Source: Ancylonema sp. (taxonomy: Eukaryota). Taken from it: 64,000 nucleotides of DNA. Below are positions 25,401 through 37,780 of the stretch, piece by piece. Under the pieces are notes generated by a model that searched no databases, was not told where the DNA came from, and worked only from the letters and a program-made list of their open reading frames with translations. The position numbers and the translations under genes are program-made. The stretch covers positions 1-64,000 of the forward strand of contig JBFLGF010000038.1 in NCBI GenBank assembly GCA_050230475.1, read 5' to 3'. How positions within the stretch are numbered: position 1 is the first letter of the stretch; each line of letters starts with the position of its first letter.

Positions 25401-26209
25401 CACCGCCCTCCAACGCGCCGCGAAGAAGCATGAGTTGGGGTACGCGGATATCCTGAGATTGGAGTCGGGGGATCGACGTCGTGTCCATGACGACATGACC
25501 GCGGTGGTCTTCTTTTTCGACCATGCTTCGAGGAAGAGCGCGAGGGAGGATAAGGCGTGGATACGAGTGAGAGCCGCGCCTTTTTATTTTGTATCTATTG
25601 TGTGTTTGTTTATTTGGTGATTGGATTTGTGGTTTGGGAATGTTGTCTCGCTTGTATGTCTCGTGGCGTGTCAGTGTTGTTGTTTTTTTCTTTCTTTCTC
25701 TTTTGTTTTTCTTTTCTTTTCTTTTCTTTTGTGTGTTTTGCGGTTTTGTTTGCGTTTACGTGTGCGGCTGATCGGGGAAAAGGTACAAGCAACGCAATGA
25801 ATCTCCCTGTCGGCCTTTTTTTACTCGTAACACAAACCATGCATGTTTGAAAGACACCTGTCACGTGCTTTCACCGTGCACGTGGCCCTCCACCCATATG
25901 CCAAAACTGTGAAGCTCTTAATTGGGTTCCGTTTGCAAACCCGTCTTGCGCAAGAGCAACCGTACATGACTCGAGTATCTTCCTATTTTCTTCAATCCTA
26001 TTTTCGTATTTTGTTCTCACTTGCAGACCACCTCAAAATCTGGAGGGGCAACCGCGAGGAAGATCCGGGAAACTCTCAATTTCCGAAAACCCAAAACGTA
26101 TCAAGGAGACGGAACCCTCAAAAACCGTGGCGGGTTCGGAACCTTGCACGGAATGGAACAGTTGCAACCTGGAAGGCCGTACCAGGAAGAAGAAGAAGAG
26201 GAGGGTTAA
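17578..26209 (+). CDS. AMT1: Ammonium transporter (AMT1-type) - clade D PP2C phosphatase fusion protein (~925 aa, 14 exons: 17578-17739, 18052-18231, 18991-19151, 19497-19642, 20105-20202, 20513-21028, 21551-21658, 22069-22389, 22889-22991, 23332-23543, 24100-24261, 24742-24978, 25378-25566, 26027-26209)
   Basis: AMT motifs: FMQLGFSLLEAGSVRFKN, WFFQFTFAAT..GAVAERT, DNAGSMVVHVTGG, GPRIGRF, GFNGGS, GIDDVVQATPTHLFCG, EEEVGLDIAFHG. Exon 8 runs without a stop from the AMT C-terminal motif into FGNFSLATYEANFIMED. PP2C-D motifs follow: GVHDGHGG, TVGSC, ANLGDCRAVIG, LSSDHN, YRVKGKLSITRSFGDLY, VASDGIW, RRRVHDDMTAVVFF. The last exon is the least certain. Confidence 0.85.
18600..18877. repeat. Intronic (ATAAG)n-type microsatellite/minisatellite
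   Basis: Degenerate ATAATATAAG / ATAAG units in intron 2 of the AMT-PP2C gene. Confidence 0.8.
22330..25566 (+). other. PP2C clade D (PPM) phosphatase domain portion of the AMT-PP2C fusion gene
   Basis: Aligns by eye with plant PP2C.D proteins (GEFSMAVVQAN..LED, DGHGG, AVGSCC, AQLSxEHN, WRVKG, FRLxEP..PILSAEP, ASDGLW, ARRLVKAALQEAAKKRE, RRHFHDDITVIVVFLD). All metal-binding acidic residues appear present. Confidence 0.9.
24269..24394. repeat. Intronic (GGCAGAAA)n octamer repeat
   Basis: About 15 copies directly after the donor of exon 11 of the AMT-PP2C gene. Confidence 0.85.
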
Positions 26210-26736
26210 GTTTTGGACGACATTGGCATCGAATAGTTTATTGTAGACGCGATGATGGAAGTCTCGGGGTATTCGTTTTTCCGTAACAGGGATGACGAGG
26301 GGTTTGAAGATTTCCGAACGTCCAACCGTCAAGAACACCAGAATTATGGACAAGTTAACCAAACCGATGATGATGGGAACACGTTCCCAAAACAAACTAT
26401 CGGGCCTCACCTATGGTTGTGAGCTATTATGCTAGTTTAAAATATGTGGTGTTTTCATTTTGGTCACGTTGATAAATTATTTACATACCGAGTGATGCAA
26501 TAGATTTGTTTTGGATATGGAGGTTTTAGGTTGTATATGTTGTTTAGGCAAACCTTCAAGGCATATCAACATGTTGAGAGAGCTATGGCGGACTCATTTG
26601 GTTTCTTTCGCGAAGTTGATTTTTATGTACTCTTTATAGTTTGTTATATGTACGAACTTGTGTGTGAAGTTATGTGGGCATGACAAGTGTTCGAAGAAGT
26701 CAAATCGTAAGCGTGTTTGCAAAATGGGGAAACTTT

Positions 26737-27819
26737 CTTAGTTGCATGGACCGGCAAGATTTGAATTTCGGACCCGGTCTGACCGGGGATCTTTTAGGTT
26801 TTTTCGCCTAATTTTTTTTCGCGGGAAAAAAGAGCGTAGGCCTTTTATTTTTTCCCACTCTACCTCACACGTGTGATGTACATGTGACATTTTTGGCATG
26901 CAAATTTGTAGGAGGAAAGGCATGATTATGTCCATTGATTGAAATTGTAAACTCTAAAATGAACAAATGGTGGGAACTTTGGCCTTAAGAGTGACCATCC
27001 GATAGCAGGTAATCAAAGGGGATGAAGATATTTATAATTGCCTAACCTGAGATTCATAGGTCTGTAAAAATAAATTTTCGTGATTTATCATTTCAATAAA
27101 CCTAGGGAATTGCTTTGTCAAATTTGTACACGCCTTACTTTAACCAACGTATTTAAGAAACGTTTGGCAACTCATTACATAGGCAAACCGCACTGGCACC
27201 TGAAATAATAGAGAGGGAAATTATCTTTTATGTAGAATATGAAAGTCAGGAGTGAGAAGTGTTCAAAAGGTGTATTGAAGAGTGAATGTAAGGTTGTGGG
27301 CGTGAAATACAAATTCAAGATAGAAACCGTTAATGATGGGTATTTTAATTTGTACAAATCATTTCATTAAACGTTTGACCGTCACCACGTTATTTGGTAC
27401 CTCACATGTGCATCACGGCATCAATACATACTAACAATTCAAGACAAGAAAGGAAAAAAAAGGCGTAATAACAATTATTTCAATAGGCCTAAAGCATTTC
27501 CCCAAGTGATTTCCTTGGAAATTTGTGAAAAACGCTACATACTATGAAGCATTCCACGTTTTCATTACTTATTTGTTCAATCAAATATTTTTGTGCCATT
27601 TTCGCACGGTTACAAAATAATATAATTAAAATTTTGATTTGTGTAATTTTATTCGCGAAAAAAAAAAGTACTCGGAGTTTTTCATCCAAGGAAAACTCCA
27701 TTGAACCCCCAAAACCACATATTACCCTAAACAGCCGGTCCGGATTTTAACTCTAAAAGGACGGAACCCGGTCAGAAACCGGAACCTCGGGACCCCGGTC
27801 CGCCGTCCGTGCAAGTAAT
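26737..27819. mobile_element. Non-autonomous hAT-type element
   Basis: Imperfect TIRs CTTAGTTGCATGGAC / GTCCGTGCAAGTAAT, 8-bp TSD GAAACTTT on both sides, ACCGG/CCGGT subterminal repeats. Confidence 0.65.
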
Positions 27820-27848
27820 GAAACTTTTCCCAAATTTCACTGTGTATG

Positions 27849-29028
27849 TATCGTTGTGAATGTTACGTTTACACCTTACCCTTACATTCGTACATAAGGT
27901 GAAACGTAACGTAAAACGTAAATTTACATGTGATATTTACGTATGACGCATAATAGGTAGGTTACACGTTACAACAACCGAAATTCCCTAGAACGTAATT
28001 TACTCTAAAGTCGAGTCATCTAAATTAATAAAATATTAATTTTTGTAATGAATTATTATTTGTTTTTCAAAAAAAAAAAAAAAAAACGATGCATTTTATA
28101 ATAGTCATATATCATTAAGTTACAAAATATTTTTTCCTAGTACATTGACATTATTTTTTGATAAAGTTTACATCACCATTGAGTCATTGGATTCCTACGC
28201 ATCAATGACTCAATGTCGTAAAGTGATGGTAACTACCTTCGTTACTTGCAAAGTTTGCTAGTATTGGTAGTTGTATATTTGTATTCAACGTTATCATAAA
28301 TTATTTCCCTTTGATGAGAGTGTATATTTGGGGCAACTTGATTACTAGGGCCACATTTAAAAGAAAAATACTTATCCGCCGCATTGTGTCGTTTCTCGTA
28401 ACCATAGTGCACCCAACAATATTGGGTGCACGCTTGTATATAAATAATATTGGGCCAATATTATTTCATATAGCCAACTCCTCTTGGTTGTTGGACTTCT
28501 TGCAACCCCTGACGTAGAGCTCCAAGAGTCGCTGATGTTACGGCAGGTAATCTTGTGGAGCCGTCCCTAATAGTTGCACTTGGGACTATGTTCAATGAGT
28601 ATGAACCGTGAGCCTCGTTTCCAAGAATTGGTAACTCGTTATCTGACAATCAATCACCTTGAATACTACCGTACAGTGAATGGCTTCAACGGACTCGAAC
28701 CTCGTCGAATATAACGGCTCGCGAAACGTCATTTGTCGATGTAAGATCGATGGAATCCTTGCAATCGTAATTTAAAGTAAATGCATGCTTAAATATCCTA
28801 ACCGTAATGTACACTTCCAAAGTAATCATCTCCTTCACCCGTAAGTGAACCAATATGTTAATTTACCAATATATGTTTTCTTTCTTTTTTTTTATCTTAA
28901 TTTACCAATATCTTACACTTTACGTTTGAACCAATGGTAATTTACGGGGGGGGGGGGAGTAATCTCACGTTACGCTTAATATTACCGTAATTAGTCAAAC
29001 CCAAAACTACGGTAATTTCACAACGTTA
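27849..29028. mobile_element. Non-autonomous hAT-type element
   Basis: TIRs TATCGTTGTGAA / TTCACAACGTTA, TSD TGTGTATG vs TTTGTATG (7/8), TTAC/GTAA subterminal repeats at both ends. Confidence 0.6.
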
Positions 29029-29176
29029 TTTGTATGCGTCTCATTGCATCTCAATGTTGTTTTCATCGAACGAGCTGCGACATGTTCCGTCATACATTGA
29101 TATACGTGAAGTCGAATTGTCACATCGGCCTCCCTTATCTCCTCTTTGAAAAGCTGCATAAAGTAAAACATGTCTA

Positions 29177-29784
29177 CAGTGCTCCCTCGATATAACGACC
29201 AAAAAAAAACCATGAAAGTGTCGTTATATCGAGGTGTCGTTATACACTGTATAACGACATTTACTACTAGAATCTGAAATCTATGTCGTTGTATCGAGGG
29301 ACTTTGCGAATGAATCAAAGTGAATAAGAAAAAGTGTTTATTATGTGTTTCCTAGAGTAAGTTGCCTTGGCATGATTATTAATTTCAGCGTGTGTATTGA
29401 TATACGATCTATACAAGTGCGTCATGATACCAATACATGCGGATGGACAAAATATACCATAAAATTTTACAAGGAGAGTTGGGGAGGTATTAAGGTCGTT
29501 ACAAAGCAACACCGGACACGCACATTCTGACCTACATAGAGTTCATCTGAGGTGCCGTTCTATATTCTTCTCGATTTCCATACATCGTTATCTTCGAGCA
29601 ATAACGTTATATACACAGTATTACGACATTCAGTAACAAATTTGTGAAATATTTTGTCATTATATAGAGTGTCTTTATGCTTATATCGAGGGCGATTTCA
29701 TATTGATTTTAAAAAAGTTCCAAAATACTGTCGTTATACCGAGGTTGTCGTTATATCGAGGGTCGTTATATCGAGGGAGCACTG
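29177..29784. mobile_element. Tc1/mariner (pogo/Tigger-like) MITE
   Basis: Perfect 24-bp TIR CAGTGCTCCCTCGATATAACGACC, TA TSD, internal GTCGTTATATCGAG repeats. Related fragments near 13490, 19890-19990, 47215 and 51830. Confidence 0.85.
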
Positions 29785-31724
29785 TAAAAGAATACTTTTG
29801 GGGCGGAGAAAAATATACATTTAGACAATTGGATTTTACTGTACTTATCGTAATTGCGGTTCCGGACATTACATGAAAGTCAAACTGTATGTGCCGATAT
29901 GCCAATCATTGATGAATCCGTCCGTTCGGAAAGGATTGCTCGGCACATCGTTTGTAAACCTAACGGAATCAAATGGTGCACTAACTAGTGAACAACAAGC
30001 AAAGATTGGGTATGTGAATTTTCGCAAAGCATAGTGAAGCGAGCATACCTTTGAGAGCATCGCGGCGTACCTCGACGATCATCGCGAGACATAATTAGAA
30101 ACGAACAAAATTGTGGGGTATGGATTCATTGTGCGCCGCATGTTAAACATAATTTATTGTACACTCTTTTAAATATTCGACGAAATGTATCACCCACATG
30201 GCATCTAGCGGCACTCGTGTTCTAGTGCGTATATCACTCGAGAATGCATTGTGAAGCTTTTTATGAGTAGAACCCATAATTGGATGCGGACGTGTCCTGG
30301 GAGCTTCGGACACGTCCCGGACACGTTCGGGCCCGGACTTCTTTGCCAGATAAAAAGGCTTGTAAATCAGCTAGTAACGACTGTAAAATTCAAAAACAAA
30401 AACCAAATAGTGTGGTTATAGTTTTCCCTTGCTGGCCCGGACGTGTTTAGGGATCTTCGGACACGTCCCGGACACGTCCGGGCACGGACACAATTGGGAC
30501 ACGTCCCGGACAAGCGCGTCCGGGACCCACGACTTGGAATGGCGGAAAATTTACAATATTCAATATTCAATCATGAAAAGTCTTTGATCTAGTTGTACAT
30601 AATTTATTTGACAAATTTTGCAATTGTACATACAAATTACAACAACGAAACTTCCTAAGCATACCACCAAAAGTGGACCACTCGAAAGCTTTGGTGGAAT
30701 TGAAAGTAAACTTAATCGAGGGATAAAGAAAAACTGTAAATTTTTAAATTTCCTTGATGTGAGAAATTTTGTTTTGAAAGCGGTTCCAACAAGAAATAAT
30801 GGCCACCACTTGCAACTTTGTTATGGATTATAACCGTTGAGAGTTCCAAGCGAATAGACGAGTCCCGAAAGTTCAGGATTTTGCGATTGCATGTCTTAAA
30901 TAGCTCATCATCTACTACACGTGTGTGTTCGGACTTCATTGTTGTATCGTACATATGTGCAACAATCATTACTTCATACGTTCAAAAGAGGGTTCTCATG
31001 ACATGGGGGGGGGGGGATCCACTTCTCAACATATGCATGAATGTTCCTTGACTTCTGCCCAAAAACAATGTGTAGTTGCAACTAAATGACCCAACTATTA
31101 TTTATAACGGTAAATTTATAATAACTTACATTTTCCCTGCAGTGTGCTCATTCTGTTAGCCGAAAGATTGTGTCGTGGCATTCTGAACATTGAGTGCATA
31201 TAGAAGACAAAAATGAGTGTGCCCTCGAAACAATTTGCGATCTTCAACCTTATTTCACGTGTACAAGTGAGAGTCCATTGAAACCACAAATTTCAAGCCA
31301 TAGCATAACAACTCATGATCATTGCATTATCGTAAGTAGCTACAAGAAAATAACTTCACACTCACACCTCATAATTTGAGCGAGACACTCACTTGAGCAA
31401 TGCATACCAAGTTTTGCACCCGCCTTTAAACACACACGAGTGTCAACGAGATCATGTGGACACCACAACAACGCAATCTAAGGTATACCTTGTTGGTGGC
31501 TTCGTCAGGAGCCACGTCCACATTCAATGAAACTCCGAATTTCGCATATCATGCGATTGTGTCAAAATATCGACACGTTTTTATAAAAGCGGTACATGGT
31601 CAAGGTTGCACCAACCAATTGAAAACCCCTAAATTACTATCTACCAATTCTCCTCAATTTTTATTATTGTTTTCGTGTCCTCACTGTTACTCTTCATTCA
31701 TACAGGTCTTCTCCACATTACTCC

Positions 31725-33212
31725 TCACCACATTCCATGTGGTATATCCTTTTTTTCTCGTGTGAACAAGTGAGTGTTCAACCACGTCATCTGATGAAAC
31801 AGCAAGCTCGAAAACATGATTGAAATCGAATAGATGTCTGGCACCTCTTTATATCCACCAATTTCAAGCCTCGTGACATTTGGGCAGGCCCCGAGCATAC
31901 GAGGCACCCGTTTGTATGTTCCGGACTCCCATTGCAACTCTATTTTTGTCAACTGGAAACACACGAAGCGAATTGAAGCGTATGGAAGATTACAAGCCTT
32001 TACTTCCTCTAGTGTATCATGAAGCAGCTCCAGACAGAGTCCCTCTCCCTCTTCTTCGCTACCCTGTGACTCTTCTCCGATAGTTGGGCGATCTTGTATG
32101 GACAGTTGTGTGAGTCCGGGGCACGAAGTGTTGAGATTCTCAATCACTTGCTTTCCGACTTTGCATCCCCGAATCGTCAGTTTCTTCAATGAGGGGCAAG
32201 CGAGCCCGGGTGAACTAGACAGTTCGAGGTTTGCAATTGACAGAGTTTGCACCCGTTGATGGCATATCTCGAGATTCCGAACGCTAATCCCCCAGTCAAG
32301 TCAAGGGATTCTAAAAATGGCAATTGCGCGAGAGTTTGGATACAGTGTCGGTTTGTAGCTTGAGAGTCTTTAGGGATCCGAATCGTGGCCATTGACTTAC
32401 TCGTCTATGCCGTCTCGCAAGTGGGTCACGTATGTTTGGAAAGTAAACGGTTTGGGAGCATCGGAGGTTAGGAGCATGCGCAGCCACAAGCTCTATAACC
32501 TCAAATGTACAGTGGAGACCCGAGAGGCAGAGAAAAGTGAGGCGAGGGCAATTTAGGGAGGGGACGATGGGATCTTGACCTATACTGAACCCGCGCTCCT
32601 CTTCCGCACCATTTGTGGAGAGGTGAGTGAGGCTTGGGCAATGGACGAGGAGGTCCCGGGGTTTGCCGCACAACAGTTCTAGAAACTCTAATTTCGGGTG
32701 AGAGATTTGAATGGGGTTCCTGCCCCTACATTCGCCCTTGACTATAACCAAAGAGAGGAGCACGGGGCACATAGCCAAGAAAGAAGAAAGGGAAGTCGGA
32801 TCAATACACTGGCCACAGAACTCTACACGCTTTAGATGCGGTCCAGACACCCTGCCTGCCCACAGCATATGCTACTTGGCACGTCCTAAGCTTTCCAGAA
32901 ACCGGACGCCCTCTACCACTTTCAGCAGCCTGAGAACGAGCTGATTGGGCCCTTTCTTCTCCTCTGTTTCCCCCATCTCCCACTTCTTGGCCACCTTCAC
33001 CTTCTTCCAGAGCACACTGCCGTCTCTTACAGACTCGTCCCAGTTCCTACTCACTAGTATCACCTCGAACAGATCCTTCTCAGGGAGATCCGAAAATACT
33101 CGTACGAGTATGTCAGAATCCAGATTTCCCCACTCCTTCCACTCTCCATTACCTCCTCTCTCCTCCTCCTGCTCCTCCTCCTCCTCCTCCTCCTCCTCTT
33201 CGTCTTCCTCCT

Positions 33213-33243
<31 letters not shown>

Positions 33244-33447
33244 ATCCTCGCCTCCTCCTCCTACTTCCCCAGGGACCACTTCTCTTTCCGGTGACTCTCC
33301 CTCGACCGGACCACCGCCCATCCCAACCCCAACCTCAGTATTCGTAGCTGCAGATGCCAGAACCCCATGCAATTCTGTCGACCCCTCCTCCTTCACAGAA
33401 TAAGCCGGTCCTGACCGATTACGCTTGCTTGACTTTTCAACTTCCAT
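31725..33447 (-). pseudogene. F-box/LRR-repeat protein pseudogene (poly-Glu N-terminus)
   Basis: F-box WGNLDSDILVRVFSDLPEKDLFEVILVSRNW followed by CPxLxxL-type LRRs (CPVLLSL, CPSLTHL, CPRLTFL, CPSLKKL, CPGLTQL, CPNVTRL). In-frame TAG at 32872-32874, frameshifts near 32320 and 32255, and further decay below 31800. Confidence 0.75.
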
Positions 33448-34244
33448 GGTGGCTTTTACTCAACTCTAATTCCTCTCCTGTGCGATGCAGGAGACATAGT
33501 TGGAGACGCAGTGCGATGCCGCGCATTCACACCTGAATCACAACAAGGGGTCGTTCATGCTCACTCAAAGCAGGATGGAGATGTATGAGAATGTTCAGAA
33601 AATTCCGAAGATTCAGAGCGTGATAGAAACGCAACGAATGCAACTCAGAAAGGAGGATCGCTAATCTGCGAGAAACAGGCGGATTCGCGTGGCTGCATTT
33701 TCATATAAATCATGAAGAATATATTTTTGTTTAAAAGACTCTAAACTCCTTTCGATCAGTGGCAATGAGGAAATCCTCACCAACAACAGCTAGCAACAGC
33801 ATCACAATACAAACTTCGGTAGGCGTTATCCGTATCCAGGTGTGGTGAAGCTTCGTCGGGCTATGAACTCAGCGTATTTTGGATTCCAGACAAATTAGTC
33901 ATGGGGACACCTAAAAATGACGCCAGGGTGCCAGCCTCCGAAAGACGAACGATGGATGGGACTTAGGGTGGGACCCGCCCGCCAAAGAATACCGGCGTCC
34001 GGTGGGCGGCCTCCCGCCGACCGCCTCCGACCGCCACCCAGCTGCCCAGCCGCCACGGTAGATTGTCGGTTGGGCCAGTTGGACAGTAGTGGGAAAAATA
34101 CAAAAAAAAAAAAAATCGAGGCGTTTCTTAAAATGTTATGGAACAGTGAACATATTGATGGTAGGCCTGCATCGGTCATACGAGTATTGTGCACACTGTG
34201 TTTTTCGCGATTCTGGATGTTGAGTTGTGATCCCATGTACCTTA

Positions 34245-34577
34245 CCACCCAGAGACAACGCGCCACAAACTTGTTACTGTTTTGCCTGTCGCACACGTTT
34301 TTGGAGCGTATATGAAAAAAAAAAAAAAAAAAAAAACACGCTGGCGCGTAATTTTAACGCATATAAATAAATAAAATGGACGAACATCCAGCGCTTCAAT
34401 ACAAAAAAAAAAAAAAAAAAAAAAACATCTTGTGCAGTTGAAAATATCCATTCACAATATGTCAAGCGCACACTGTTGGCGCGTACTAATTGAATAAAAA
34501 AATTATGGCGCAAATTTCGATGGAGCCTACTTCTAATAATCAACTTTTCGATTTGCTGGCGCATTATCTCTGGTTGG
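34245..34577. mobile_element. MITE with TA TSD
   Basis: TA|CCACCCAGAGACAACGCGCCA ... TGGCGCATTATCTCTGGTTGG|TA imperfect TIRs. Confidence 0.65.
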
Positions 34578-35018
34578 TACGGTATTGCGAATCATCATGA
34601 TGTTTTAATTTGAATTATATGTAGTTTTGAACTGGTTGGCATTTGAAACCGGTTTGCATAAAGAATGTAGTTATACATAAGTGATTGACTTTACTCTCAT
34701 CGTGAAAACATCGCAGCGTACACATTTATTTTTGCCCATAACTTTTTGTCCATAAGTATTATATACTACAACTTGTAGTCTACAAGATGGTGAAAGTGCG
34801 TCATTTTATTGTAATCGAGCAACTTTTTTTCGTTTTCAGTTTTTCATGGCGTTATGATGTCCATTCATAAAAATGGCAACGATGGCACCTTAAGAGGCAC
34901 AACGTTGGAACTTTGACCATTGTTTAGGCGTAAATTTTAGTATTGCACATCACCGCCTTCCAATTACAATGGGCAGAATAAGTTAATCCGAACATGTAAC
35001 CAAAGGAATGAGAAAGTA

Positions 35019-35290
35019 CCGTACTGGGCACCTGATATGATTTTTAATTAATTATTGAAACCCGAAATCAATCATTTATATTAATACTTATGAGGTCGGA
35101 ATCATTAACCTAAAATCATTGATATTAATACCACTTTTGGATTTGTTTTGAATTTTGTTTGTAGGTTACCAGAAATCATTGCCAAAAATCATCAATAATA
35201 ACTACCGGATTCCCGGAATCTTTCTTACAAATCATTAACAAATTAACTCGTTTTGAAAAAAAAAGAAATCATTTACGGTGCCCTGTACGG
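35019..35290. mobile_element. Tc1/mariner-type MITE (family of 515-1080)
   Basis: TA|CCGTACTGGGCACC ... GGTGCCCTGTACGG|TA; internal AATCATT repeats shared with the copy at 515. Confidence 0.7.
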
Positions 35291-37338
35291 TATTTTAAAA
35301 AAACAAGAAGTGGCACACCCACTAGACTTAGCTCTCGATTATTCTCTTTATCAATTCGTTACATCGGTTATAATCGGTATATAATTAGATAGTTTGAGTT
35401 GAGTAGTATTATTGGTTTTGGCTTGATTTTAGAAGTGTATTTTTTCTTCGAGTTACTCTGTTTTAAACTTAGTTTTCCACCAAACCTACAAACTAAATTG
35501 TCTTCAACACATTAGATGATAATGCCTTGTAACATTTTTTTTTGAAGTAAAACCGCATGACAAACATCGGTATGACAAATGGCTTGCCTTTTGTTTGTTT
35601 TACTTTGTGGTATTTGTTTTTGATGTATATATATATATTTTTTAAGTTTTTGAATATTTTTTTGAAACCAACATCAAATGGTTCATGTACAACTGACGAT
35701 TGATAATGATGATGATGATTGATGGTTGATGAATTTTTTCGACATGATTTTTCGTTTTGGTGAATGTTTTTTTTTTTTTTTTTTGGAGAATAATTGTTTT
35801 GGAGAGTTTTGTTCTTCTTTTATATGTAATCAGATTTATCTTGGCCTTCCGAAAATTTGACGCGACGGAAAAGAACGTGCGAAAGAGGCCAAGCATGTAG
35901 GAGCGGTATTGCTCGATTTTTGTTCAGCTCTAGTCATAGTGTGTTGTAGGAGGCAACATACATTGGTGTTAGAAGCTTAACTTTGTTCTTAATTTTGTGA
36001 ACCACATATTCGCTATTGAATACAATTGGTTTGTTAAAAAAAAAATGTTGTTTTTATTGTTTTCGGAACCAATGTATATTCTTCTTGTGTGTCCAGCCAC
36101 TATAATTAGATTTCGTATTGAATTCGTTATCAACTCGTTAAGAATTGGTTACTTTCTATTTATATTTTTCAAATTACTGATACATCACTCTTATAAAGAT
36201 CCCATTGGCTTAGATAACCGTTTACAATACCACACCACCGCTGCACCACGGCACTTAGCTCTCCGTTTTCATTATAATTTGGGTATGGTAATATTCGTTT
36301 GGGCGTTATTTTTTACAATTCATATTTTGTGGTTGTTGAATGTAGAATGCCCTTGTATGTTTTTCCGGGAAAAAAAAACGATTAATTTGGTGTTTTTTAT
36401 TTCTCAAAGTTTGTATTCATATTTTCTTCTTGTCTTTAGTTTTTTTTTTTGTTTTTTTTTTTTTTGTTGTTGTATGCTTGTGATGTTGATTTTTTGTGCA
36501 ATATCTTTTTGTAACATTTTAAGGCTTTTAGTATTGTGTGTTTTTTTATTAGAGTATTGACATGTTTTTGTTTTTCCAAAATTTAGGAGTCAACGTTTCA
36601 CTATTTCGTTTCTATATTATAACCCCGAGGGATAAAGTCCACATATAATGCATGTAGCGTATGATATGTCGGTTTTATAATAATAAAAAAATTTATTTTG
36701 AGAGTTTTTTTGTTTAAGTTTTAGCTAAGTTTCTTAGGCCATCATTGCCATTTGGCCTTGTTGCAACTTATCATTTGTGCATTTACAATTTACGTGCCAT
36801 GGGTTAAGGTTTTTGGGGTTTTTATTGGGCATATACCCTAAGATGTGACCCAAATAACATTGTCTATGGTATTTGTTAGTTTAAAGTTTAACTTAATTAG
36901 TTTTCTTTTTCTTTTTGTTCTTCGTTATTCGACTCTTTTTTTTTTTTTTCTTTTTTTTTTGGTGTTTTGTTATCTTCCTTATATTTCATGGTTATAATTA
37001 TTGTGATCGCGTTGTATTTTTGATTGGTTTATTTATATGTATTTTTGTTTCTAGTCATGTTTTTTTTTATTGTACGCGCCATTCCATTCGGTTCTTGCAA
37101 TTACCACGTCACATAATGTACCATGTCTGAGCATATGCATATAGCATACTATTAGTCGGTTTAATATACATTTATATGTTACTTGTTTTACGATGTTTTG
37201 GTTTATGTGGAGGTTTTTCTAAATATATTGATTTATTATTGACATAAGGGATTTAGTAATGTCACATGGTGTCATTTGGAAAATTGCATGGATATCCATG
37301 CGCTTTTAGGGTATCCAGATGACGCTACCCCAGCTAAT

Positions 37339-37780
37339 TGTTGACTTCCAGACATTTTCTGGAAGTGGATCGACTAAGTTCAGGACTAGAACTCAACGAT
37401 AGTAGACTTATCCATGCAAATACACGCAAAGCAAAGAACACTTGCAAAGCCGCAATTCTGGTGAGACAGAATTATTGAGTATTAGTCGAAAGCCGACTTA
37501 TATACTCCGAGCAATGTCTGGCACAATCGTGCCCAACCCTATCGATAGAATGACATGTGTGACTAGATATCCGCTCTATTCAAAACATCACCACCTTTTG
37601 ATGCTATCGAATCTAAGCCCCTAACTTGGTACCGACCTTCACACATGTGTCTTATTTGCTCACACCAAATTACTTAGCAACTTATCGACATATCAACAAC
37701 TTATTGCAATATCGATGAAGACAAATGGCAAATCGAAAACCCGTCGACAAATCAATGTTGCGACATTATTCATTGTAACA
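37339..37780 (-). repeat. 3' LTR of the copia element (442 bp)
   Basis: TGTTGACTTCC...CATTGTAACA; near-identical to 42217-42687 apart from substitutions and a ~28-bp internal deletion. Confidence 0.92.

Noticed and set aside
22300..26209. PP2C as an independent gene starting at MENEEL (ATG 22300)
   Set aside because: The ATG is in the same uninterrupted frame as the AMT C-terminus, only ~200 nt downstream, leaving no room for a stop, poly(A) site and promoter. Kept only as the refuting alternative.
1353..30540. Related GGAC(A/G)CGTCC-repeat ends at ~1355-1445 and ~30283-30530 as ends of one giant transposon
   Set aside because: No matching TSD or clean TIR pair; more likely independent remnants of one family.
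35400..37260. AT-rich region with hydrophobic ORFs (e.g. 35997-36560)
   Set aside because: T-rich low complexity explains the Phe/Leu-rich ORFs; no domain motifs or element ends recognised.
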